This document shows positions 55,038 to 64,000 of a stretch of 64,000 nt of DNA, in pieces. The position numbers and the translations under genes were made by a program. This stretch comes from Candidatus Latescibacterota bacterium (lineage in GTDB: Bacteria > Latescibacterota > UBA2968 > UBA8231), in contig CBDETK010000013.1 in NCBI GenBank assembly GCA_965242865.1, forward strand, positions 4,704,001-4,768,000, written 5' to 3'. Under the pieces are notes generated by a model, which was given only the letters and a program-made list of their open reading frames with translations, had not been told where the DNA came from and searched no databases. Numbering within the stretch: position 1 is the first letter of the stretch; each line of letters starts with the position of its first letter.

Positions 55038-56468
55038 TTACTCGGCGTAGGGAACAGTGCCGCGAGCATCTACTCGGTAGCCCCAGCGGTCGAGATAGGC
55101 TGGGCCGGGGAGGAAGGGGTCGTCGGCTGCGGTGAGGCGGCGCGTTAGGTGGGCGTCTAATTCGTCGAGCAAGCCCTGCTGGCCGGGCTGGCCCACGAGA
55201 TTGTCCTGTTGGAAGGGGTCGGCTTGGTTGTCGTAGAGCAGCCACGGCCCCTCTAAGGCGCGCACGTACGTGTGGCGGCGAGTGCGCAAACCCCGGTAGG
55301 ACCGGCCGCCCACGCCGGTCCACCACTGCCCAAAGGGCTGGGGACACTGCAACAGGGCGGCGCCGTCCGAGGGATCGGGGCCGCCTCGCAGATACCCGGA
55401 GAAGTCGATTCCCTCCACAGTGGCAGGAATGGGTAGGCCGCACAGGCCCAACAGGGTCGGCATGAGGTCCGGCAGGTCAATCGGCGCGTCGAGTTGCCGA
55501 CCGGCCGCTCCCAGCCCCGGGTAGCGCAGCAGGAACGGGACGCGGATGGACTCTTCGTAGGGCTTTTGCTTTTTGTCCATGCCCTGCGAGCCGAGCATGT
55601 CGCCGTGGTCGGAGAAGAACAGGAAGATGGTCTCTTGCTCGAGTTCCTCCTCCTGCAAGGTCTGGAGCAACGCGCCGACGCAGTCGTCCAGTGCCGTGCA
55701 ATGGGCGTAGTACCCGGCGAGCCACTGCCGCGCACTATCGGCCCAGCTAGCCGGCACATTGGGCCGCAGGGCGATAGCGGCCGGATCGTACCGGGCTTGG
55801 TACGCTTGCGGGGCCGTGTGATAGGGGGCGTGCGGCGGCCCCCACGACAGGACCAGCAAAAAGGGCTTGGTCTCGCCGGAAGTCCCGCGCTTGCGGATAT
55901 AGGCTTGGGCGTCGCGGGTTTGGGCCGAGGCGTCGTAGCCTTCCCACACGAGTTGCTCGTCCGAGTCGCCGGCATAGTACGCCGAGCGATTGTAGGCGTG
56001 GGTGCATTCGAGGACCTTCCAGTACTCAAAGCCCTGCCGCCGCTCGGGCGGAATATAGCGGGAGCGGCCCCGGCCATTGACGTGCCACTTGCCGATATAG
56101 GCCGTGTCGTAGCCGCCCGCGCCAAAAGCCTGCGCCAGGCTCGTGGCGTCTTGGCCCAGTGCTACGTCGTTGACGAAGACGCCGTGCGTGAGGGGGTATT
56201 GGCCGGTCAGGAGCGAGGCACGCGCCGGCGAGCACACCGAGCAGCCAGACACCGCGTGGGTGCAGTTGACGCTGCGGCGGGCGAGCGCGTCCAAGTTCGG
56301 GGTTTGCACGTTGGGGTCGCCGGCGTACCCGAAGGCTTGGGCACGCCATTGGTCGGCGAATACGAGGACGACATTGGGCGGTTTGATGGCGCGTCTCCTG
56401 TTTTCTTTCTGCAATGAGGACGGGCCTTGCGGCCCGGAAGATAATTTGATGGAGCCTTTCCGGCCCAT
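55038..56468 (-). CDS. Sulfatase (Cys-type); true start uncertain, see findings
   Basis: PNVVLVFADQ, CSPARASLLTG, YIGKWH and SDHGDM motifs. Confidence 0.92.
   Translation of the reverse strand: MGRKGSIKLSSGPQGPSSLQKENRRRAIKPPNVVLVFADQWRAQAFGYAGDPNVQTPNLDALARRSVNCTHAVSGCSVCSPARASLLTGQYPLTHGVFVNDVALGQDATSLAQAFGAGGYDTAYIGKWHVNGRGRSRYIPPERRQGFEYWKVLECTHAYNRSAYYAGDSDEQLVWEGYDASAQTRDAQAYIRKRGTSGETKPFLLVLSWGPPHAPYHTAPQAYQARYDPAAIALRPNVPASWADSARQWLAGYYAHCTALDDCVGALLQTLQEEELEQETIFLFFSDHGDMLGSQGMDKKQKPYEESIRVPFLLRYPGLGAAGRQLDAPIDLPDLMPTLLGLCGLPIPATVEGIDFSGYLRGGPDPSDGAALLQCPQPFGQWWTGVGGRSYRGLRTRRHTYVRALEGPWLLYDNQADPFQQDNLVGQPGQQGLLDELDAHLTRRLTAADDPFLPGPAYLDRWGYRVDARGTVPYAE
56409..56442 (-). CRISPR. Single degenerate CRISPR-like repeat (type I-G/I-U-like); no array
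   Basis: Minus strand ATCTTCCGGGCCGCAAGGCCCGTCCTCATTGCAG: GC hairpin and an ATTG(A>C)AG-like 3' end, adjacent to a cas1 fragment. Confidence 0.45.
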
Positions 56469-56529
56469 TGTCGCGGACTCCTGCGTAATTCAGGTCATCG
56501 ACAACGGCGCGCTCAAGCCGGGCGATGTC
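56440..56529 (+). pseudogene. cas1: cas1 fragment
   Basis: Translates DNLMEPFRPIVADSCVIQVIDNGALKPGDV, matching the Cas1 signature DLMExFRPxxADxxVxxxINxGxxxxxDF. Confidence 0.65.
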
Positions 56530-56627
56530 AGCCCGCTAAACCATGTCTAATCTTGCTACCGCTTCTTTAGATAATCAACAAATAGGCGGAATGTTCACAA
56601 GGGACAGTGCCTTTGGCCTCGGCGGCG

Positions 56628-58178
56628 TCAATCGTCATAGCGGATGAGCAACTCGACGTCGGTCAGCAGCAAGTCGCAGGCAAGCTGGGGGTGGCGTTGC
56701 AAGAGGACGACTTCTAAGCGATGGAGGCCGCGGGTGGCTTGGGCGGTCGTGAGCGCGAAGCTATGCCAAGCGGCAGTGCTGACATCGGCGATGGGCTGGG
56801 GATCGCCGTCGTGGCAATAGCTGATATCCGGGTCGGCCAATACCGCGCCATCCCAGCAGCAGCGAAGCTGGTCGCCGGCAACCCAATCTTGCAGCCGCAG
56901 CCGCAGGGTAAGGGCTGTCGGCGGATCTGCGCTCAGATCGTCGGCGAGGTCGAAGTCGAAGTGGGGGCCGGTCGCCCGCAAGGTCGGGTAGAGGGCGACG
57001 GGGAGGGTGCCGCGCAGCCGGTCGTGCTGGTACGCGCCGCGCCAAGGGCCGGTGTGCTGTCGGAAGCGGTGGGTTGCGTGGTAGAGCTTGCTCTGGCGGC
57101 GCAGGGTCTGCACCGCGCCCACTTGGGTTAGCAACTCGCGCTTTGAGTTGCGGTCGGCATGCCAGTTGAAGGCGTATATGCCGGTCGCCCCTTGGCGGTG
57201 ATACTGCATGGCCGTGGCTTTGGTGCGCATGGCGTGGCAGCGCAATTGACCTTCGGGGCCGGTCGCCGGGCCGGGGACGCCGCTGTCAAAACCCGGATAG
57301 ACTGCGATGTCGCGGTCGGCGCAGAGCGCGCGAAAGGCGCGGATTTCAATGGCCGGATCGGTGCCGGCCGCACCGGCCGGGATCAAGACATCGACGAGAC
57401 GTTCCTCGGCCCAAGTCTCCACATCGTAGCCAATGCGGTGGCAGCCCTCAATGGAGCCAGCGACGCGGGCCGCTAGGTAAAAGGGCCGGCCGCGCTGTTG
57501 GGCCAGTTCAGCGGTCCGTTGCCGCGCCGCCCGCATGAAGTCGGTGAGGACGTAGCGCAGGCGATAGCCTTGGTCGGCGGGAAAGTGGAAGGGGTGGCGT
57601 TGCCAGTCGAGTTCGACGCCGTCCCAAGGGTGGTTTTGGCAGACTTCGCGCAGGTGCTGGAAGCGATTTTCGCGCACTTGGGAGATGGCCATATTCCACG
57701 ACAGGGCAAACCACTCCTCGGTATCCGCGCCGAGGACCCATTCGGGGTGGTCCTTCCGCAGTTGGGTCAGTTCGGTGTGGTGCAGGGTCTGAAGGTCGCT
57801 TGGTTGTGCGCCGTTGAAGTGATTGTCGTTCATGCGCAACGAGGCATACACGTGCAGCCCGAGTTGGTGGCCGCGGTCAATGAGTGCCTCGTGGGGATCT
57901 TCGCCCCGCTCCAACATGCGGCGAATGTTTTCGGTGTGCGTGTACGCAGCGGCACTCTCATAGTGCCGCTGATGCACGTCGCCGAGCAGTTCGAGGGCGT
58001 CGCTTGGCCAGCGGGTGGCGTGTTCGCCTACGCACCAAAACAGGGCGCCGACTTGGGTGTCGTTGAGCGGGGCGTACACCTTGTCGAGAAAGGCGTCCAT
58101 GGACTGGGGAACGGGCGAGTACCCGTGCGGTGCGCTGTCCCAGTTGTAGATGATGCCGTAGTCAGGGGGGGCGGCCAT
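56628..58178 (-). CDS. Glycoside hydrolase-like (GHL10-like TIM barrel) protein
   Basis: IIYNWD, ASLRMNDNH, WDGVELDWQR and GATGIYAFN motifs. Confidence 0.65.
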   Translation of the reverse strand: MAAPPDYGIIYNWDSAPHGYSPVPQSMDAFLDKVYAPLNDTQVGALFWCVGEHATRWPSDALELLGDVHQRHYESAAAYTHTENIRRMLERGEDPHEALIDRGHQLGLHVYASLRMNDNHFNGAQPSDLQTLHHTELTQLRKDHPEWVLGADTEEWFALSWNMAISQVRENRFQHLREVCQNHPWDGVELDWQRHPFHFPADQGYRLRYVLTDFMRAARQRTAELAQQRGRPFYLAARVAGSIEGCHRIGYDVETWAEERLVDVLIPAGAAGTDPAIEIRAFRALCADRDIAVYPGFDSGVPGPATGPEGQLRCHAMRTKATAMQYHRQGATGIYAFNWHADRNSKRELLTQVGAVQTLRRQSKLYHATHRFRQHTGPWRGAYQHDRLRGTLPVALYPTLRATGPHFDFDLADDLSADPPTALTLRLRLQDWVAGDQLRCCWDGAVLADPDISYCHDGDPQPIADVSTAAWHSFALTTAQATRGLHRLEVVLLQRHPQLACDLLLTDVELLIRYDD

Positions 58179-58284
58179 ATCTGCTCCTTTGCTGGTCTGG
58201 CCCAAGGTACGGAGATTGTCCGAGACGAGCAACGGAGGCTGCTATGGCGACAAGCGTCCAGCGAGTGTAACCTAGCTACTTGGA

Positions 58285-58797
58285 TTAAAGCCCTTGGTCA
58301 ACGTCGAGAAAAATTCCCTTGTGTACTTTGGCAAAAAATTTGGTGTAGTACTGCCCGTCCGCGATCTGACGAACCGCTTTAGTACCCCCATTCCTTTTGA
58401 AGGTTTTAATCTGGAAGTTGACTCGGACGCGACATTTTTCGCCGTGTTTGGAGACATTGGCGGTTGCTTCAACGACCGAGTTCTGCGCCAGTTCTCCCTG
58501 AGTGTTGGTATAGGCTGCACCGAGCTCCGCCCAGAATGAGGTTTTCTCCTCATACTCCCTGACGGCCGAAAGAATTCCCAATTCTGAGTTAGCGTCCTTG
58601 ATCATGTAGCCACCGTCTTGGAGGACATTGACCATAGCCTTGAGAACGGCCTTGTCGTCTGGGGTTTCAAACATCCGGGTTTGCAACTGGCGTATCTGTA
58701 GCTGGGTCTTGGCCGGAGCCGGAGCCGTCGTTGCACAGCTAGTGAGGTACGTGAGCGCACCGAGTCCGGCTAGCATGAAAACTAGTACGTTACGCAT
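58285..58797 (-). CDS. Lipoprotein, unknown function
   Basis: LTSC lipobox; TQLQIRQLQTRMF..VLQDGGY.IKDANSELG. Confidence 0.75.
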   Translation of the reverse strand: MRNVLVFMLAGLGALTYLTSCATTAPAPAKTQLQIRQLQTRMFETPDDKAVLKAMVNVLQDGGYMIKDANSELGILSAVREYEEKTSFWAELGAAYTNTQGELAQNSVVEATANVSKHGEKCRVRVNFQIKTFKRNGGTKAVRQIADGQYYTKFFAKVHKGIFLDVDQGL

Positions 58798-58809
58798 TGA
58801 GAGCCTCTT

Positions 58810-59232
58810 TTAGAATTTGCTAGTGTGGTAGGAAAACGTATCGACGAGTTGCTGATCGTCGAACTTGATGACCACCGTCAAGGTTTTCTGCGTTGAAGCG
58901 GCGGCTCCAGAGTTCCTGCTGAGGCCACCGACTAGGAGTAATCCGATGCCGCTCGAACCGGTGGAATAGGATACTTCCGAGGCGATTTTGTCGTAAATCC
59001 AAGTCTCCTTGCCCTCCTTGTCCTTGCTGACGATGTTGGGAGATCCCAAGGCTTCAGCGACAGCCGCTTGATCCATCCCTTGGTAAATCTCTCGCTGAAC
59101 CGTGCCCACGGTCATCTCGCGTCCAGCGGCGGAGTGCAGATTGCGATGATGCTGGCTGCCGGACGCACATCCTAGGATGATCAACGCTGTCAGCCCGACC
59201 ATCACTTGCAGTACTGTTCTATCAAATCTCAT
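58810..59232 (-). CDS. SmpA/OmlA (BamE-like) lipoprotein
   Basis: ILGC lipobox; GMDQAAVAEALGSPN...ETWIY...LTVVIKFD. Confidence 0.72.
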   Translation of the reverse strand: MRFDRTVLQVMVGLTALIILGCASGSQHHRNLHSAAGREMTVGTVQREIYQGMDQAAVAEALGSPNIVSKDKEGKETWIYDKIASEVSYSTGSSGIGLLLVGGLSRNSGAAASTQKTLTVVIKFDDQQLVDTFSYHTSKF

Positions 59233-59339
59233 CTAATTTTCTCCTTAGCTTTGAAGTGGCATTTAACCAACTAAAAAAGAGGAAAAGAATTGGATGCGTT
59301 ATCGCATCTCTAGGTTCTTGCAGAAACAATCTGACGGTC

Positions 59340-59576
59340 CTAAAACAATCCTCCCAAAGTAAAGTTTAGTGCTCCGACAGAGTCGCCTTCTACTCGCCGC
59401 CCAGCTACGTTGATTTGGAAGGTCAAGCGCGTGCCGCTGGTGATTGGCTGAGACCAGCCAGCTCCCACTAACCCGCCTATGCCCCACTCGCTTGTTTCGT
59501 CAACGGTATTATCGTCAGAGGTGACGCGAAAAACAGCAGGTAGAAAATAGCAACAATGTACGGCTTCATAGGTCAT
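59340..59576 (-). pseudogene. Probable C-terminal remnant of an outer-membrane beta-barrel gene
   Basis: WGIGGLVGAGWSQPITSGTRLTFQINV...LNFTLGGLF strands with terminal Phe; no signal peptide. Confidence 0.4.
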
Positions 59577-59901
59577 CTCCCTTTGGTGAGGATGAGTGGC
59601 TTCAAGTACGTTTGGTTAGGCTGAATTTTTGAATCAGCAGACTCCCATTTTCCAGTGAACACAAAAAGCCATTGACCGGACCCGATAGGGTGCCGGGCCA
59701 TGTCAACATCACACAGGTATAGTGGAAGTTCTGCCTATTTGCCGGGCTTCGGGGAGCTACCCCATGCCGAATAAAGGCTATTTTATTCAACAGATAACCC
59801 GACTGGCGGGTACCTGTCTGATGTTGACAGATGCTAATTTAAGATGAGAATATCCCAAGTCAACACTTCACTTTGTTTTTATCGCAAAAGGAGCTTTCTC
59901 A

Positions 59902-61056
59902 ATGAAAGACAACATACTACAGGCCGTTTATGAGCAGCGCCTACTTGACACGGCCCAAGAGCTGATTGCAGTGCCCAGCCCGACGCTGGACGCCGGTGCC
60001 GCGGCGGATGCGTTGGCGTCTATCCTAGCGGCCGAGGGGTTTGCCGTAGAGCGGCCCTCAGCCGATTGGCCCCCAGCACCGGCCGTAGTCGCTCGCCTCG
60101 ACAGCGGCCGGCCCGGGCGGGTGTTGCAGTTCGACGGGCACTTGGACACGGTGCATCTGCCCTTTGTGCCGCCCAAGGTGGAGGACGGCCAGCTCTATGG
60201 GTCGGGGGCGTCCGACATGAAGGGCGGGATTGCCGCCTTCGTCGAGGCACTGCGGGTACTGCGGGATGCGGGCGCACCGACGCAGGGGGCGATCTTGCTT
60301 ACGGCCCACGACCACCACGAAGCACCGTGGGGCGACCGCCGCCAGCTTTTGGCCTTGATTCGCGCCGGCTTGATCGGCGACGGGGTACTACTGCCGGAGT
60401 ACTTGGGCGATGCATTGCCGGTCGCCGGTCGCGGCTTGGCCGTGTTTAACGTGGCGATTGAGCGCGATGGGGTGCCCGTCCACGAGGTGCTGCGGCCCGC
60501 CGGACTGCCGGACGTACTAGCGGCCGGAGCCGAGGTCGTCGGGCGGCTGAATGCGCTGAACGAGCAGTTGCGCGAGCAAACCGCGCCTTACGTCGGCAGC
60601 GATTCGTTGTTTATCGGGCGGATCGAAGGCGGCCAACTCTACAATCAGGTGCCGACCCAATGCCGCATCGAAGGGACGCGCCGCTGGGTGACGGCTGGAG
60701 CGGAGTCCGCCGCGCGCTGCCAAATCGAAGCCCTACTCGCCGAGGTCGCCGCGGCCAGCGGCACTCGCATCCGGCTCGCCGACTGGAACGTGCCCGGCGA
60801 TGCCTTTGCGCTCGCGCCGAACAGCCCGTTAGTGGGCGCGTTCCAAGCCGCGCACGAGCAGGTGACCGGGAAGCCGTTGCCCGTGGGCGGCAAGCCCTTT
60901 ATCGACGACGGCAACGTCTTTATAGCAGCCGGGATTGAGGCCCTAACCCATGGTCCTTGCGCCGTGGGGGCGCACACGACCGACGAGCAGGTGGAGGTGG
61001 CCGAATTGGTGCGGGTGGCCAAGGTCTATGCGCTGACCGCGCAGGCGTTTTGCTAG
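59902..61056 (+). CDS. M20/M25/M40 metallopeptidase (ArgE/DapE-like)
   Basis: GHLDTV, LYGSGASDMKGG and GAHTTDE motifs. Confidence 0.9.
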   Translation: MKDNILQAVYEQRLLDTAQELIAVPSPTLDAGAAADALASILAAEGFAVERPSADWPPAPAVVARLDSGRPGRVLQFDGHLDTVHLPFVPPKVEDGQLYGSGASDMKGGIAAFVEALRVLRDAGAPTQGAILLTAHDHHEAPWGDRRQLLALIRAGLIGDGVLLPEYLGDALPVAGRGLAVFNVAIERDGVPVHEVLRPAGLPDVLAAGAEVVGRLNALNEQLREQTAPYVGSDSLFIGRIEGGQLYNQVPTQCRIEGTRRWVTAGAESAARCQIEALLAEVAAASGTRIRLADWNVPGDAFALAPNSPLVGAFQAAHEQVTGKPLPVGGKPFIDDGNVFIAAGIEALTHGPCAVGAHTTDEQVEVAELVRVAKVYALTAQAFC

Positions 61057-62333
61057 GAGGCTTCAAGGGCGCGGGCCGCGGCCGTGCCTCGCTCCTCATC
61101 GACGAAAAAGAGGCAGGCCCCGCCGGCGATGAAGAGGACGACGATCGACAAAATGCCCACTCGCGGGCTGCCGGTCAGCACCCCAATCCAGCCCACGAGC
61201 ACCGGGCCGATGACGGCCGCGAACTTGCCCAGCATGTTGTAAAAGCCGAAAAACTCGGCCGCTCGGTCGCGGGGAATGAGCCTTGAATAGAGCGAGCGGC
61301 TCAGGGCTTGGACCCCGCCTTGGACGAGGCCGACGGCGATGGCCAAGGCGTAAAATTCCCACACGGCATCTAAAAAGTAGCCCCACACGGTCGCTGCGAC
61401 ATAGACGGCTAGGCCGATGAAAATTCCCTTGCGGGTGCCAATTCGCTCGCCGAGCCAGCCAAAGGCGAGGGCCGCGGGAAAGCCCACGAACTGGGTAATG
61501 CCCAAGGCGAGGAGCAGGTCGTCGGTGGCAAGGCCCAGCGACAGGCCGTAGTCAATGGCCATGCGGATGATGGTATCGACGCCGTCGATGTACAGCCAAT
61601 AGCCAATGAGAAAGACAAAGGTCGTGCGCAGCTGCCCAATGGCGCGGCCGGTCGCGATGAGCTGCCGGTAGCCAGCCAAGACCGCGCCCCAGCCGCGGCG
61701 GACGCGCACCGGTGGGGACTCCTCGACCCACAAAAAGAGCGGCAGCGAAAAGCCAGCCCACCACAGGGCGACGAGCAAAAAGCTCACCCGCACGGCCGCG
61801 CTGGCATCGGCCAACCCAAAGGTCGTGGGGTGGAGGACCATGGCCACATTGAGCGCGAACAGCAAGCCGCCGCCCAGATAGCCGAGGCTGTATCCGAGCG
61901 CCGAGACCGAGTCCGACTTGTCGCGGCCGGCCACCTCCACGAGGAGCGCGTCGTAAAAGGTGTTGCCACCGGCGAAGCCAATGCCGGCCAAGACATAGAC
62001 CACCACCGCCAATTCCCACGCGCCAGCGGCGACCCAGTAGAGGCACCCGGTGGCGAGGACGCCCAAGAAGGCGAAGGCAAAAAGGAACTTGCGCCGGGTG
62101 CCGCCTTGGTCGGCAATAGCCCCCAAGAGGGGGGCCAGCAGCACGACGGTCAGACTGCTGAGCGAGTTGGCCAACCCCAGTTGGAAGGTGCTCTCGGTGA
62201 CGTCGCGGCCGGCGCTCCAATAGGACTTAAAAAACACCGGGAAGAAGGCGGCCAGGACCGTGGTGGCAAAGGCCGAGTTGGCCCAGTCGTACAAGGCCCA
62301 AGCGAGGATCGGTTTTTTGGCGTTGGTCGGCAT
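61053..62333 (-). CDS. MFS transporter (UMF1/ATG22-like)
   Basis: [25 protein letters not shown] and EFFGFY motifs. Confidence 0.92.
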   Translation of the reverse strand: MPTNAKKPILAWALYDWANSAFATTVLAAFFPVFFKSYWSAGRDVTESTFQLGLANSLSSLTVVLLAPLLGAIADQGGTRRKFLFAFAFLGVLATGCLYWVAAGAWELAVVVYVLAGIGFAGGNTFYDALLVEVAGRDKSDSVSALGYSLGYLGGGLLFALNVAMVLHPTTFGLADASAAVRVSFLLVALWWAGFSLPLFLWVEESPPVRVRRGWGAVLAGYRQLIATGRAIGQLRTTFVFLIGYWLYIDGVDTIIRMAIDYGLSLGLATDDLLLALGITQFVGFPAALAFGWLGERIGTRKGIFIGLAVYVAATVWGYFLDAVWEFYALAIAVGLVQGGVQALSRSLYSRLIPRDRAAEFFGFYNMLGKFAAVIGPVLVGWIGVLTGSPRVGILSIVVLFIAGGACLFFVDEERGTAAARALEAS

Positions 62334-62430
62334 GGTATTATTTACTTCTAGCTAGGAATCAGGTTTAAGATAGTATAAGGCAAAAAGGATCGGGTTGTCG
62401 CTGGCGCGACCCAGAAAGGACGATGTATCT

Positions 62431-63456
62431 ATGAACGACGAATGGCTGCGTTTTGACGCGGCGACCAACCCTTATGGGCCGTCGCCCAAGGTGCGGGAGG
62501 CGCTGGCGGCCTTTGCCCGCACCGGCGACTTCAGTCGCTACGACGACCAAGCGCGTGCGGAGCCGTTGCGCGAAGATTTGGCCGCGCATTGGGGGCTGTC
62601 GCCCGACCACTTCATCGTGTACAACGGCTCCGGGGAGGCCGTAGTCTGGCTCTTTTTGGCGCGGTTGCTGCTGGAACGGGAGTGCCTACTCGTCCCGGCC
62701 CCGTCGTACGAGCGCTTTGTGGCGTTGGGGCAGCGGTGCGCGACCGAAGTGATCCCGGTGCCCCTGCACGAGGCGGATTTTGCCTTGATCCCCGAGCGCG
62801 TTATCGAGGCGGGTCAGCGGTCGGGTGCGCGGGTGTTGCTGTTGAGCAGCCCCAACAACCCCACGGGCAACCTCCTGTGCGGCGATGGGGAGCTGGCGCG
62901 GGTGCTCGAGGAGTTGCCCGACTGTCTGTGCATCGTCGATGAAGCGTACGCCGACTATGCCGGCCACAGTTGGGTGCCTTGGGTGCGCGAGCGAGCCAAC
63001 TTGGTGGTACTGCGGACCTTTTCCAAAGCCTACGGCATGGCTGGTTTGCGGGTTGGCTATGCCATAGGGCCTAAGCCCGTGGTCGCGGCCTTGGGGCGGC
63101 TGCAGGTTCCTTGGGCCGTCAATGCGCTGTCGCTGGCCGCGGCGCGGGCCGCGCTGGCCGACCAGTGCTATTTGCGCCGGGTCGTCGCCCAGATCCGCAG
63201 CGATTGTCAGGTGCTCTACGAGGGGCTGAATGAGCGGCCGTGGTTGCGAGCCTATCCGAGCGCGGCGAATTTCTTTTGGGTGCGCTGCACGGGGCTTGAC
63301 TCGGCGCGGCTGCAGGCGGGTTTGGCCGAGCGGCGGATCCGCGCACGCTGGCGTCGAGACGCGCCCGGCTTTGTGCGGCTTACGTCGCTGCACCCCCAAG
63401 ACAACGACTATTTGTTGACCGCGCTCGACGAGGTCGGGCATACAGACACAGACTAA
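62431..63456 (+). CDS. hisC: Histidinol-phosphate aminotransferase-like PLP enzyme
   Basis: SPNNPTG, VDEAY and RTFSKAYGMAGLRVGY motifs. Confidence 0.8.
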   Translation: MNDEWLRFDAATNPYGPSPKVREALAAFARTGDFSRYDDQARAEPLREDLAAHWGLSPDHFIVYNGSGEAVVWLFLARLLLERECLLVPAPSYERFVALGQRCATEVIPVPLHEADFALIPERVIEAGQRSGARVLLLSSPNNPTGNLLCGDGELARVLEELPDCLCIVDEAYADYAGHSWVPWVRERANLVVLRTFSKAYGMAGLRVGYAIGPKPVVAALGRLQVPWAVNALSLAAARAALADQCYLRRVVAQIRSDCQVLYEGLNERPWLRAYPSAANFFWVRCTGLDSARLQAGLAERRIRARWRRDAPGFVRLTSLHPQDNDYLLTALDEVGHTDTD

Positions 63457-63471
63457 CACGAGAGGAGCGTT

Positions 63472-64000
63472 ATGGAATACCGCAATTTGGGTAAGGCCGG
63501 CGTCAAGGTGTCCAAGGTGTGCTTGGGCACGGCGTTTCGCGGCGAGGAGGACGAGGCGACCTGCATCGAGGTGGTGCAGCGGGCCTTGGACTTGGGCTGC
63601 AATTTCATCGATACGGCCCTGTATGGGGAGGGACGATCGGAAACAGTGGTCGGCAAGGCCATTCAGGGACGGCGCGAGGAAGTGGTGCTGACGACCAAAA
63701 TTTTTGGCACCTTGGGCCAAAGCCCCAATCACGTGGGGTTGTCGCGGGTCAATCTGCTGCGGGGCATTGAGGCGTCGTTGCAGCGGCTACAGACCGATTA
63801 TGTCGATCTGTACTTGCTGCACTCGTTTGACCCGGGCACGCCGCTGGAGGAGACCTTGGGCGCACTCGACGACATTGTGCGGCAGGGCAAGGCGCGCTAC
63901 GTGGGGTGTTCTAACTTCCCGCCGTGGAAGATCGTCGAGGCCCTGTGGATTGCGCAGCGCGAGCGGTTGGCCTCCTTTGCCTGCATCCAAAATCAGTACA
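63472..64000 (+). CDS. Aldo/keto reductase, 3'-truncated by the window
   Basis: MEYRNLGKAGVKVSKVCLGT, FIDTALYG, SLQRLQTDYVDLY and GKARYVGCSN. Confidence 0.92.
   Translation, partial: MEYRNLGKAGVKVSKVCLGTAFRGEEDEATCIEVVQRALDLGCNFIDTALYGEGRSETVVGKAIQGRREEVVLTTKIFGTLGQSPNHVGLSRVNLLRGIEASLQRLQTDYVDLYLLHSFDPGTPLEETLGALDDIVRQGKARYVGCSNFPPWKIVEALWIAQRERLASFACIQNQY

Overview
GC-rich bacterial DNA with no rRNA or tRNA recognised. The many eukaryote-like repeat proteins (ankyrin, LRR, YWTD, NHL, TPR, HEAT) plus sulfatase, PhyH and Gfo/Idh genes resemble FCB-group or sponge-symbiont genomes (Latescibacterota/Poribacteria-like); this assignment is inference only. Main contents: (1) 0.7-7.0 kb, five tandem ankyrin lipoprotein genes built from a nearly invariant 99-bp repeat whose binding-surface codons are hypervariable almost only at codon positions 1-2. 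(2) About 22 kb of co-oriented minus-strand envelope genes (15.9-37.9 kb): two paralogous ~1000-aa probable outer-membrane proteins, two paralogous lipoproteins, a T9SS-CTD/FlgD-Ig protein paired with a PorP/PorV-like barrel, a 1090-aa TPR protein, ExbB plus two ExbD without TonB, a PPIase and an OPT-like permease. This is a candidate uncharacterised energised transport system. (3) A shared C-terminal (S/T)WGx(V/L)K tail on two unrelated exported proteins. (4) Several MITEs, each carrying the same REP palindrome. (5) A probable CRISPR-Cas relic (one degenerate repeat next to a cas1 fragment). (6) Ordinary metabolic genes. All calls come from reading motifs by eye; no database searches were run.
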